Source of the DNA: Eledone cirrhosa
Taxonomy: Eukaryota
Assembly: GCA_964016885.1 (NCBI GenBank)
Contig: OZ024742.1
Location: 164,176,001 to 164,240,000 of the forward strand
DNA length: 64,000 nucleotides
Direction: 5' to 3'
Part shown: piece after piece, positions 37,901 to 50,269 of the stretch
Numbering within the stretch: the stretch's first letter is position 1
How the letters are laid out: each line of letters opens with the position of its first letter
Translations under genes and position numbers: made by a program
Notes under the pieces: model-generated
What the model was told of the DNA's origin: nothing
The model's input: only the letters and a program-made list of their open reading frames with translations
Databases searched by the model: none

Positions 37901-40900
37901 CCCTTGGCTGGCTGGAAATTATCTCCCCTTGGAGGCTGGAATTTATCTCCCCTTGGACGGCTAGAAATTACCTCTCCTTGGATGGCTGGAAAATATGTCT
38001 CCTTGGACGGCTGGATATTATCTACCCTTGGACGGCTGGAAATTATCTCCCCTTGGACGGCTGGAAATTATCTCCCCTTGGACGGCTAGATATTACCTCC
38101 CATTGGACGGCTGGAAATTATCTCCCCTTGATTTTTTTTACAAATTATCTCCCCCTGATTTTTTTTTACGAATTATCTCCCCCTGATTTTTTTTTACAAA
38201 TTATCTCCGCCTGATTTTTTTTTTTAAATTATCTCCCCTTGAACGGCTGGAAATTATCTCCCCTTGGACGGCTGGAAATTATCTCCCCTTGGACGGCTAG
38301 AAATTACCTCTCCTTGGACTGCTGAAAATTATCTCCCCTTGGACGGCTGCAAATTATCTCCCCTTGATTTTTTTAACAAATTATCTCCCCCTGATTTTTT
38401 TTTACAAATTATCTCCCCCTGATTTTTTTTTACAAATTATCTACGCCTAATTTTTTTTACAAATTATCTCCCCCTGATTTTTTTTTACAAATTATCTCCC
38501 CCTGATTTTTTTTACAAATTATCTCCCCCTGATTTTTTTTACAAATTATCTCCCCCTGATTTTTTTACAAATTATCTCCCCCCTGATTTTTTTTACAATC
38601 TCCGCCTGATTTTTTTAAAAATTATCTTCCCTTGGCTGGCGGGAAATTATCTCCCCTTGGACGGCTGGAAATTATATCCCCTTGGAAGGATGGAAATTAT
38701 CTCCCCTTGGACGGCTGGAAATTATCTCCCCTTGGACGGCTGGAAATTACCTCCCCTTGGACAGCTGGAAATTATCTGCCCTTGATTTTGTTTTTACAAA
38801 TTATCTCCCCCTGATTTTTTTTACAAATTATCTCCACCTGATTTTTTAAAAAATTATCTCCCCTTGGACGGCTGGAAATTATCTCCCCTTGGACGGCTGG
38901 AAATTATCTCCCCTTGATTTTTTTTACAAATTATCTCCCCCTGATTTTTTTTTACAAATTATCTCCCCCTGATTTTTTTTACAAATTATCTCCCCCTGAT
39001 TTTTTTTTACAAATTATTTCCCCCTGATTTTTTTACAAATTATCTCCCCCCTGATTTTTTTTACAATCTCCGCCTGATTTTTTTAAAAATTATCTTCCCT
39101 TGGCTGGCGGGAAATTATCTCCCCTTGGACGGCTGGAAATTATATCCCCTTGGAAGGATGGAAATTATCTCCCCTTGGACGGCTGGAAATTATCTCCCCT
39201 TGGACGGCTGGAAATTATCTCCCCTTGGACAGCTGGAAATTATCTGCCCTTGATTTTGTTTTTACAAATTATCTCCCCCTGATTTTTTTTACAAATTATC
39301 TCCACCTGATTTTTTAAAAAATTATCTCCCCTTGGACGGCTGGAAATTATCTCCCCTTGATTTTTTTTACAAATTATCTCCCCCTGATTTTTTTTTACAA
39401 ATTATCTCCCCCTGATTTTTTTTACAAATTATCTCCCCCTGATTTTTTTTTACAAATTATCTCACCCTGATTTTTTTTACAAATTATCTCTCCCTGATTT
39501 TTTTACAAATTATCTCCCCTTGGCTGGCTGGAAATTATCTCCCCTTGGAGGCTGGAATTTATCTCCCCTTGGACGGCTAGAAATTACCTCTCCTTGGACG
39601 GCTGGAAAATATGTCTCCTTGGACGGCTGGATATTATCTACCCTTGGACGGCTGGAAATTATCTCCCCTTGGACGGCTGGAAATTATCTCCTCTTGGACG
39701 GCTAGATATTACCTCCCCTTGGACGGCTGGAAATTATCTCCCCTTGATTTTTTTACAAATTATCTCCCCCTGATTTTTTTACAAATTATCTCCCCCTGAT
39801 TTTTTTTACAAATTATCCCCGCCTAATTTTTTTAAATATTATCTTCCCTTGGCTGGCGGGAAATTATCTCCCCTTGGACGGCTGAAAATTATCTCCCCTT
39901 GGACGGCTGGAAATTATCTCCCCTTGATTTTTTTTACAAATTATCTCCCCCTGATTTTTTTTTACAAATTATCTCCCCCTGATTTTTTTTACAAATTATC
40001 TCCTCCTGATTTTTTTACAAATTATCTCCCCTTGGCTGGCTGGAAATTATCTCCCCTTGGAGGCTGGAATTTATCTCCCCTTGGACGGCTAGAAATTACC
40101 TCTCCTTGGAAGGCTGGAAAATATGTCCTTGGACGGCTGGATATTATCTACCCTTGGACGGCTGGAAATTATCTCCCCTTGGACGGCTGGAAATTATCTC
40201 CCCTTGGACGGCTAGATATTACCTCCCCTTGGACGGCTGAAAATTATCTCCCCTTGGACGGCTGGAAATTATCTCCCCTTGATTTTTTTTACAAATTATC
40301 TCCCCCTGATTATTTTTTACAAATTATCCCCTGATTTTTTTTTTACAAATTATCTCCCCCTGATTTTTTTTACAAATTATCTCCCCCTGATTTTTTTACA
40401 AATTATCTCCCCTTGGCTGGCTGGAAATTATCTCCCATTGGAGGCTGGAATTTATCTCCCCTTGGACGGTTAGAAATTACCTCCCCTTGGACGGCTGGAA
40501 AATATGTCTCCTTGGACGGCTGGAAATTATCGCCCCTTGGACGGCTGGAAATTATCTCCCCTTGGACGGCTGGAAATTATCTCTCATCGGACGGCTAGAA
40601 ATTACCTCTCCTTGGACAGCTGAAAATTATCTCCCCTTGGACGGCTGGAAATTATCTCCCCTTGATTTTTTTTACAAATTATCTCCCCCTGATTTTTTTT
40701 TACAAATTATCTCCCCCTGATTTTTTTTTACAAATTATCTCCCCCTGATTTTTTTTTACAAATTATCTCCCCCTGATATTTTTTACAAATTATCTCCCCC
40801 TGATTTTTTTACAAATTATCTCCCCTTGGCTGGCTGGAAATTATCTCCCCTTGGAGGCTGGAATTTATCTCCCCTTGGACGGCTAGAAATTACCTCGCCT

Positions 40901-42500
40901 TGGACGGCTGGAAAATATGTCTCCTTGGACGGCTGGAAATTATCTCCCCTTGGACGGCTGGAAATTATCTCCCCTTGGACAGCTGGAAATTATCTCCCCT
41001 TGGACGGCTAGATATTACCTCCCCTTGGACGGCTGGAAATTATCTCCCCTTGATTTTTTTTACAAATTATCTCCCCCTGATTTTTTTTTACAAATTATCT
41101 CCCCCTGATTTTTTTTTACGAATTATCTCCCCCCGATTTTTTTTTACAAATTATCTCCGCCTGATTTTTTTTTAAAAATTATCTCCCCTTGAACGGCTGG
41201 AAATTATCTCCCCTTGGACGGCTGGAAATTATCTCCCCTTGGACGGCTAGAAATTACCTCTCCTTGGACGGCTGAAAATTATCTCCCCTTGGACGGCTGC
41301 AAATTATCTCCCCTTGATTTTTTAACAAATTATCTCCCCCTGATTTTTTTTTACAAATTATCTCCCCCTGATTTTTTTTTACAAATTATCTCCCCCTGAT
41401 TTTTTTTTACAAATTATCTCCCCCTGATTTTTTTACAAATTATCTCCCCCTGATTTTTTTTACAATCTCCGCCTGATTTTTTAAAAAATTATCTTCCCTT
41501 GGCTGGCGGGAAATTATCTCCCCTTGGACGGCTGGAAATTATCTCCCCTTGGACGGCTGGAAATTATCTCCCCTTGGACAGCTGGAAATTATCTGCCCTT
41601 GATTTTGTTTTTACAAATTATCTCCCCCTGATTTTTTTTACAAATTATCTCCACCTGATTTTTAAAAAAATTATCTCCCCTTGGACGGCTGGAAATTATC
41701 TCCCCTTGATTTTTTTACAAATTATCTCCCCCTGATTTTTTTTACAAATGATCTCCCCCTGATTTTATGTTACAAATTATCTCCCCCTGATTTTTTTACA
41801 AATTATCTCCCCCTGATTTTTTTACAAATTATCTCCGCCTGATTTTTTTAAATATTATCTTCCCTTGGCTGGCGGGAAATTATCTCCCCTTGGACGGCTG
41901 GAAATTATCTCCCCTTGATTTTTTTTACAAATTATCTCCCCCTGATTTTTTTTTACAAATTATCTCCCCCTGATTTTTTTTTACAAATTATCTCCCCCTG
42001 ATTTTTTTTTACAAATTATCTCCCCCTGATTTTTTTTTACAAATCTCCCCCTGATTTTTTTATAAATTATCTCCCCTTGGCTGGCTGGAAATTATCTCCC
42101 CTTGGAGGCTGGAATTTATCTCCCCTTGGACGGCTAGAAATTACCTCTCCTTGGATGGCTGGAAAATATGTCTCCTTGGACGGCTGGATATTATCTACCC
42201 TTGGACGGCTGGAAATTATCTCCCCTTGGACGGCTGGAAATTATCTCCCCTTGGACGGCTAGATATTACCTCCCATTGGACGGCTGGAAATTATCTCCCC
42301 TTGATTTTTTTTACAAATTATCTCCCCCTGATTTTTTTTTACGAATTATCTCCCCCTGATTTTTTTTTACAAATTATCTCCGCCTGATTTTTTTTTTAAA
42401 ATTATCTCCCCTTGAACGGCTGGAAATTATCTCCCCTTGGACGGCTGGAAATTATCTCCCCTTGGACGGCTAGAAATTACCTCTCCTTGGACGGCTGAAA
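34930..42500 (+). repeat. Second imperfect tandem duplication, period ~4.02 kb (second copy carries ~156 extra bp near 41.5 kb and is truncated)
   Basis: Offsets 35081>39100 (4019), 35502>39520, 35831>39849 (4018), 36396>40413, 36809>40826, 37197>41214 (4017), then 37904>42077 (4173). Confidence 0.85.
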
Positions 42501-42659
42501 ATTATCTCCCCTTGATTTTTTTAACAAATTATCTCCCCCTGATTTTTTTTTACAAATTATCTCCCCCTGATTTTTTTTACAAATTATCTACGCCTAATTT
42601 TTTTTACAAATTATCTCCCCCTGATTTTTTTTTACAAATTATCTCCCCCTGATTTTTTT

Positions 42660-45600
42660 TACAAATTATCTCCCCTTGGCTGGCTGGAAATTATCTCCCC
42701 TTGGAGGCTGGAATTTATCTCCCCTTGGACGGTAAGAAATTACCTCTCCTTGGACTGCTGGAAAATATGTCTCCTTGGACGGCTGGAAATTATCTCCCCT
42801 TGGACGGCTGGAAATTATCTCCCCTTGGACGGCTGGAAATTATCTCTCCTCGGACGACTAGAAATTACCTCTCCTTGGACAGCTGAAAATTATCTCCCCT
42901 TGGACGGCTGGAAATTATCTCCCCTTGATTTTTTTTACAAATTATCTCCCCCTGATTTATTTTACAAATTATCTCCCCCTGATTTTTTTTTACAAATTAT
43001 CTCCCCCTGATTTTTTTTACAAATTATCTCCCCCTGATATTTTTTACAAATTATCTCCCCCTGATTTTTTTACAAATTATCTCCCCTTGGCTGGCTGGAA
43101 ATTATCTACCCTTGGAGGCTGGAATTTATCTCCCCTTGGACGGCTAGAAATTACCTCGCCTTGGACGGCTGGAAAATATGTCTCCTTGGACGGCTGGAAA
43201 TTATCTCCCCTTGGACGGCTGGAAATTATCTCCCCTTGGACGGCTGGAAATTATCTCCCCTTGGACGGCTAGATATTACCTCCCCTTGGACGGCTGGAAA
43301 TTATCTCCCCTTGATTTTTTTTACAAATTATCTCCCCCTGATTTTTTTTTACAAATTATCTCCCCCTGATTTTTTTTTACGAAGTATCTCCCCCTGATTT
43401 TTTTTTACAAATTATCTCCGCCTGATTTTTTTTTTAAAATTATCTCCCCTTGAACGGCTGGAAATTATCTCCCCTTGGACGGCTGGAAATTATCTCCCCT
43501 TGGACGGCTAGAAATTACCTCTCCTTGGACGGCTGAAAATTATCTCCCATTGGACGGCTGCAAATTATCTCCCCTTGATTTTTTAACAAATTATCTCCCC
43601 CTGATTTTTTTTTACAAATTATCTCCCCCTGATTTTTTTTTACAAATTATCTACGCCTAATTTTTTTTACAAATTATCTCCCCCTGATTTTTTTTTACAA
43701 ATTATCTCCCCCTGATTTTTTTTACAAATTATCTCCCCCTGATTTTTTTTTACAAATTATTTCCCCCTGATTTTTTTACAAATTATCTCCCCCCTGATTT
43801 TTTTTACAATCTCCGCCTGATTTTTTTAAAAATTATCTTCCCTTGGCTGGCGGGAAATTATCTCCCCTTGGACGGCTGGAAATTATATCCCCTTGGAAGG
43901 ATGGAAATTATCTCCCCTTGGACGGCTGGAAATTATCTCCCCTTGGACGGCTGGAAATTATCTCCCCTTGGACAGCTGGAAATTATCTGTCCTTGATTTT
44001 GTTTTTACAAATTATCTCCCCCGATTTTTTTTACAAATTATCTCCACCTGATTTTTTAAAAAATTATCTCCCCTTGGACGGCTGGAAATTATCTCCCCTT
44101 GATTTTTTTTACAAATTATCTCCCCCTGATTTTTTTTACAAATTATCTCCCCCTGATTTTTTTTTACAAATTATCTCCCCCTGATTTTTTTTTACAAATT
44201 ATCTCACCCTGATTTTTTTTACAAATTATCTCTCCCTGATTTTTTTACAAATTATCTCCCCTTGGCTGGCTGGAAATTATCTCCCCTTGGAGGCTGGAAT
44301 TTATCTCCCCTTGGACGGCTAGAAATTACCTCTCCTTGGACGGCTGGAAAATATGTCTCCTTGGACGGCTGGATATTATCTACCCGTGGACGGCTGGAAA
44401 TTATCTCCCCTTGGACGGCTGGAAATTATCTCCTCTTGGACGGCTAGATATTACCTCCCCTTGGACGGCTGGAAATTATCTCCCCTTGATTTTTTTACAA
44501 ATTATCTCCCCCTGATTTTTTTACAAATTATCTCCCCCTGATTTTTTTTACAAATTATCTCCGCCTAATTTTTTTAAATATTATCTTCCCTTGGCTGGCG
44601 GGAAATTATCTCCCCTTGGACGGCTGAAAATTATCTCCCCTTGGACGGCTGGAAATTATCTCCCCTTGATTTTTTTTACAAATTATCTCCCCCTGATTTT
44701 TTTTTACAAATTATCTCCCCCTGATTTTTTTTACAAATTATCTCCCCCTGATTTTTTTACAAATTATCTCCCCTTGGCTGGCTGGAAATTATCTCCCCTT
44801 GGAGGCTGGAATTTATCTCCCCTTGGACGGCTAGAAATTACCTCTCCTTGGAAGGCTGGAAAATATGTCCTTGGACGGCTGGATATTATCTACCCTTGGA
44901 CGGCTGGAAATTATCTCCCCTTGGACGGCTGGAAATTATCTCCCCTTGGACGGCTAGATATTACCTCCCCTTGGACGGCTGAAAATTATCTCCCCTTGGA
45001 CGGCTGGAAATTATCTCCCCTTGATTTTTTTTACAAATTATCTCCCCCTGATTATTTTTTACAAATTATCCCCTGATTTTTTTTTTACAAATTATCTCCC
45101 CCTGATTTTTTTTACAAATTATCTCCCCCTGATTTTTTTACAAATTATCTCCCCTTGGCTGGCTGGAAATTATCTCCCATTGGAGGCTGGAATTTATCTC
45201 CCCTTGGACGGTTAGAAATTACCTCCCCTTGGACGGCTGGAAAATATGTCTCCTTGGACGGCTGGAAATTATCGCCCCTTGGATGGCTGGAAATTATCTC
45301 CCCTTGGACGGCTGGAAATTATCTCTCATCGGACGGCTAGAAATTACCTCTCCTTGGACAGCTGAAAATTATCTCCCCTTGGACGGCTGGAAATTATCTC
45401 CCCTTGATTTTTTTTACAAATTATCTCCCCCTGATTTTTTTTTACAAATTATCTCCCCCTGATTTTTTTTTACAAATTATCTCCCCCTGATTTTTTTTTA
45501 CAAATTATCTCCCCCTGATATTTTTTACAAATTATCTCCCCCTGATTTTTTTACAAATTATCTCCCCTTGGCTGGCTGGAAATTATCTCCCCTTGGAGGC

Positions 45601-48600
45601 TGGAATTTATCTCCCCTTGGACGGCTAGAAATTACCTCGCCTTGGACGGCTGGAAAATATGTCTCCTTGGACGGCTGGAAATTATCTCCCCTTGGACGGC
45701 TGGAAATTATCTCCCCTTGGACAGCTGGAAATTATCTCCCCTTGGACGGCTAGATATTACCTCCCCTTGGACGGCTGGAAATTATCTCCCCTTGATTTTT
45801 TTTACAAATTATCTCCCCCTGATTTTTTTTTACAAATTATCTCCCCCTGATTTTTTTTTACGAATTATCTCCCCCCGATTTTTTTTTACAAATTATCTCC
45901 GCCTGATTTTTTTTTAAAAATTATCTCCCCTTGAACGGCTGGAAATTATCTCCCCTTGGACGGCTGGAAATTATCTCCCCTTGGACGGCTAGAAATTACC
46001 TCTCCTTGGACGGCTGAAAATTATCTCCCCTTGGACGGCTGCAAATTATCTCCCCTTGATTTTTTAACAAATTATCTCCCCCTGATTTTTTTTTACAAAT
46101 TATCTCCCCCTGATTTTTTTTTTACAAATTATCTCCCCCTGATTTTTTTTTACAAATTATCTCCCCCTGATTTTTTTTACAAATTATCTCCCCCTGATTT
46201 TTTTTACAATCTCCGCCTGATTTTTTAAAAAATTATCTTCCCTTGGCTGGCGGGAAATTATCTCCCCTTGGACGGCTGGAAATTATCTCCCCTTGGACGG
46301 CTGGAAATTATCTCCCCTTGGACAGCTGGAAATTATCTGCCCTTGATTTTGTTTTTACAAATTATCTCCCCCTGATTTTTTTTACAAATTATCTCACCCT
46401 GATTTTTTAAAAAATTATCTCCCCTTGGACGGCTGGAAATTATCTCCCCTTGATTTTTTTACAAATTATCTCCCCCTGATTTTTTTTACAAATTATCTCC
46501 GCCTGATTTTTTTAAATATTATCTTCCCTTGGCTGGCGGGAAATTATCTCCCCTTGGACGGCTGGAAATTATCTCCCCTTGATTTTTTTTACAAATTATC
46601 TCCCCCTGATTTTTTTTTACAAATTATCTCCCCCTGATTTTTTTTTACAAATTATCTCCCCCTGATTTTTTTTTACAAATTATCTCCCCCTGATTTTTTT
46701 TTACAAATCTCCCCCTGATTTTTTTATAAATTATCTCCCCTTGGCTGGCTGGAAATTATCTCCCCTTGGAGGCTGGAATTTATCTCCCCTTGGACGGCTA
46801 GAAATTACCTCTCCTTGGATGGCTGGAAAATATGTCTCCTTGGACGGCTGGATATTATCTACCCTTGGACGGCTGGAAATTATCTCCCCTTGGACGGCTG
46901 GAAATTATCTCCCCTTGGACGGCTAGATATTACCTCCCATTGGACGGCTGGAAATTATCTCCCCTTGATTTTTTTTACAAATTATCTCCCCCTGATTTTT
47001 TTTTACGAATTATCTCCCCCTGATTTTTTTTTACAAATTATCTCCGCCTGATTTTTTTTTTAAAATTATCTCCCCTTGAACGGCTGGAAATTATCTCCCC
47101 TTGGACGGCTGGAAATTATCTCCCCTTGGACGGCTAGAAATTACCTCTCCTTGGACGGCTGAAAATTATCTCCCCTTGGACGGCTGCAAATTATCTCCCC
47201 TTGATTTTTTTAACAAATTATCTCCCCCTGATTTTTTTTTACAAATTATCTCCCCCTGATTTTTTTTTACAAATTATCTACGCCTAATTTTTTTTACAAA
47301 TTATCTCCACCTGATTTTTTAAAAAATTATCTCCCCTTGGACGGCTGGAAATTATCTCCCCTTGGACGGCTGGAAATTATCTCCCCTTGATTTTTTTTTA
47401 CAAATTATCTCCCCCTGATTTTTTTTTACAAATTATCTCCCCCTGATTTTTTTTACAAATTATCTCCCCCTGATTTTTTTTTACAAATTATTTCCCCCTG
47501 ATTTTTTTACAAATTATCTCCCCCCTGATTTTTTTTACAATCTCCGCCTGATTTTTTTAAAAATTATCTTCCCTTGGCTGGCGGGAAATTATCTCCCCTT
47601 GGACGGCTGGAAATTATATCCCCTTGGAAGGATGGAAATTATCTCCCCTTGGACGGCTGGAAATTATCTCCCCTTGGACGGCTGGAAATTATCTCCCCTT
47701 GGACAGCTGGAAATTATCTGCCCTTGATTTTGTTTTTACAAATTATCTCCCCCTGATTTTTTTTACAAATTATCTCCACCTGATTTTTTAAAAAATTATC
47801 TCCCCTTGGACGGCTGGAAATTATCTCCCCTTGATTTTTTTTACAAATTATCTCCCCCTGATTTTTTTTTACAAATTATCTCCCCCTGATTTTTTTTTAC
47901 AAATTATCTCCCCCTGATTTTTTTTTACAAATTATCTCACCCTGATTTTTTTTACAAATTATCTCTCCCTGATTTTTTTACAAATTATCTCCCCTTGGCT
48001 GGCTGGAAATTATCTCCCCTTGGAGGCTGGAATTTATCTCCCCTTGGACGGCTAGAAATTACCTCTCCTTGGACGGCTGGAAAATATGTCTCCTTGGACG
48101 GCTGGATATTATCTACCCTTGGACGGCTGGAAATTATCTCCCCTTGGACGGCTGGAAATTATCTCCTCTTGGACGGCTAGATATTACCTCCCCTTGGACG
48201 GCTGGAAATTATCTCCCCTTGATTTTTTTACAAATTATCTCCCCCTGATTTTTTTACAAATTATCTCCCCCTGATTTTTTTTACAAATTATCTCCGCCTA
48301 ATTTTTTTAAATATTATCTTCCCTTGGCTGGCGGGAAATTATCTCCCCTTGGACGGCTGAAAATTATCTCCCCTTGGACGGCTGGAAATTATCTCCCCTT
48401 GATTTTTTTTACAAATTATCTCCCCCTGATTTTTTTTTACAAATTATCTCCCCCTGATTTTTTTTACAAATTATCTCCCCCTGATTTTTTTACAAATTAT
48501 CTCCCCTTGGCTGGCTGGAAATTATCTCCCCTTGGAGGCTGGAATTTATCTCCCCTTGGACGGCTAGAAATTACCTCTCCTTGGAAGGCTGGAAAATATG

Positions 48601-49150
48601 TCCTTGGACGGCTGGATATTATCTACCCTTGGACGGCTGGAAATTATCTCCCCTTGGACGGCTGGAAATTATCTCCCCTTGGACGGCTAGATATTACCTC
48701 CCCTTGGACGGCTGAAAATTATCTCCCCTTGGACGGCTGGAAATTATCTCCCCTTGATTTTTTTTACAAATTATCTCCCCCTGATTATTTTTTACAAATT
48801 ATCCCCTGATTTTTTTTTTACAAATTATCTCCCCCTGATTTTTTTTACAAATTATCTCCCCCTGATTTTTTTACAAATTATCTCCCCTTGGCTGGCTGGA
48901 AATTATCTCCCATTGGAGGCTGGAATTTATCTCCCCTTGGACGGTTAGAAATTACCTCCCCTTGGACGGCTGGAAAATATGTCTCCTTGGACGGCTGGAA
49001 ATTATCGCCCCTTGGACGGCTGGAAATTATCTCCCCTTGGACGGCTGGAAATTATCTCTCATCGGACGGCTAGAAATTACCTCTCCTTGGACAGCTGAAA
49101 ATTATCTCCCCTTGGACGGCTGGAAATTATCTCCCCTTGATTTTTTTTAC
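42660..49150 (+). repeat. Higher-order copy of ~33.9-40.7 kb (offset 8.76 kb shifting to 8.47 kb through internal indels)
   Basis: 33988>42750, 34399>43161, 34713>43475, 35081>43843 (8762); 36396>45155 (8759); 37904>46741 (8837); 39520>47995, 40413>48888 (8475). Confidence 0.82.
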
Positions 49151-50269
49151 AAATTATCTCCGCCTAATTTTTTTAAAAATTATCTTCCCTTGGCTGGCGG
49201 GAAATTATCTCCCCTTGGACGGCTGGAAATTATATCCCCTTGGAGGCTGGAATTTATCTCCCCTTGGACGGCTAGAAATTACCTCGCCTTGGACGGCTGG
49301 AAAATATGTCTCCTTGGACGGCTGGAAATTATCTCCCCTTGGACGGCTGGAAATTATCTCCCCTTGGACGGCTGGAAATTATCTCCCCTTGGACGGCTAG
49401 ATATTACCTCCCCTTGGACGGCTGGAAATTATCTCCCCTTGATTTTTTTTACAAATTATCTCCCCCTGATTTTTTTTTACAAATTATCTCCCCCTGATTT
49501 TTTTTTACGAATTATCTCCCCCTGATTTTTTTTTACAAATTATCTCCCCTTGAACGGCTGGAAATTATCTCCCCTTGGACGGCTGGAAATTATCTCCCCT
49601 TGAAAGGCTAGAAATTACCTCTCCTTGGACGGCTGAAAATTATCTCCCCTTGGACGGCTGCAAATTATCTCCCCTTGATTTTTTAACAAATTACCTCGCC
49701 TTGGACGGCTGGAAAATATGTCTCCTTGGACGGCTGGAAATTATCTCCCCTTGGACGGCTGGAAATTATCTCCCCTTGGACGGCTGGAAATTATCTCCCA
49801 TTGGACGGCTAGATATTACCTCCCCTTGGACGGCTGCAAATTATCTCCCCTTGATTTTTTTAACAAATTATCTCCCCCTGATTTTTTTTTACAAATTATC
49901 TCCCCCTGATTTTTTTTTACAAATTATCTACGCCTAATTTTTTTTACAAATTATCTCCCCCTGATTTTTTTTTACAAATTATCTCCCCCTGATTTTTTTT
50001 ACAAATTATCTCCCCCTGATTTTTTTTTACAAATTATCTCCCCCTGATTTTTTTACAAATTATCTCCCCCCTGATTTTTTTTACAATCTCCGCCTGATTT
50101 TTTTAAAAATTATCTTCCCTTGGCTGGCGGGAAATTATCTCCCCTTGGACGGCTGGAAATTATATCCCCTTGGAAGGATGGAAATTATCTCCCCTTGGAC
50201 GGCTGGAAATTATCTCCTCTTGGACGGCTGGAAATTATCTCCCCTTGGACAGCTGGAAATTATCTGCCC

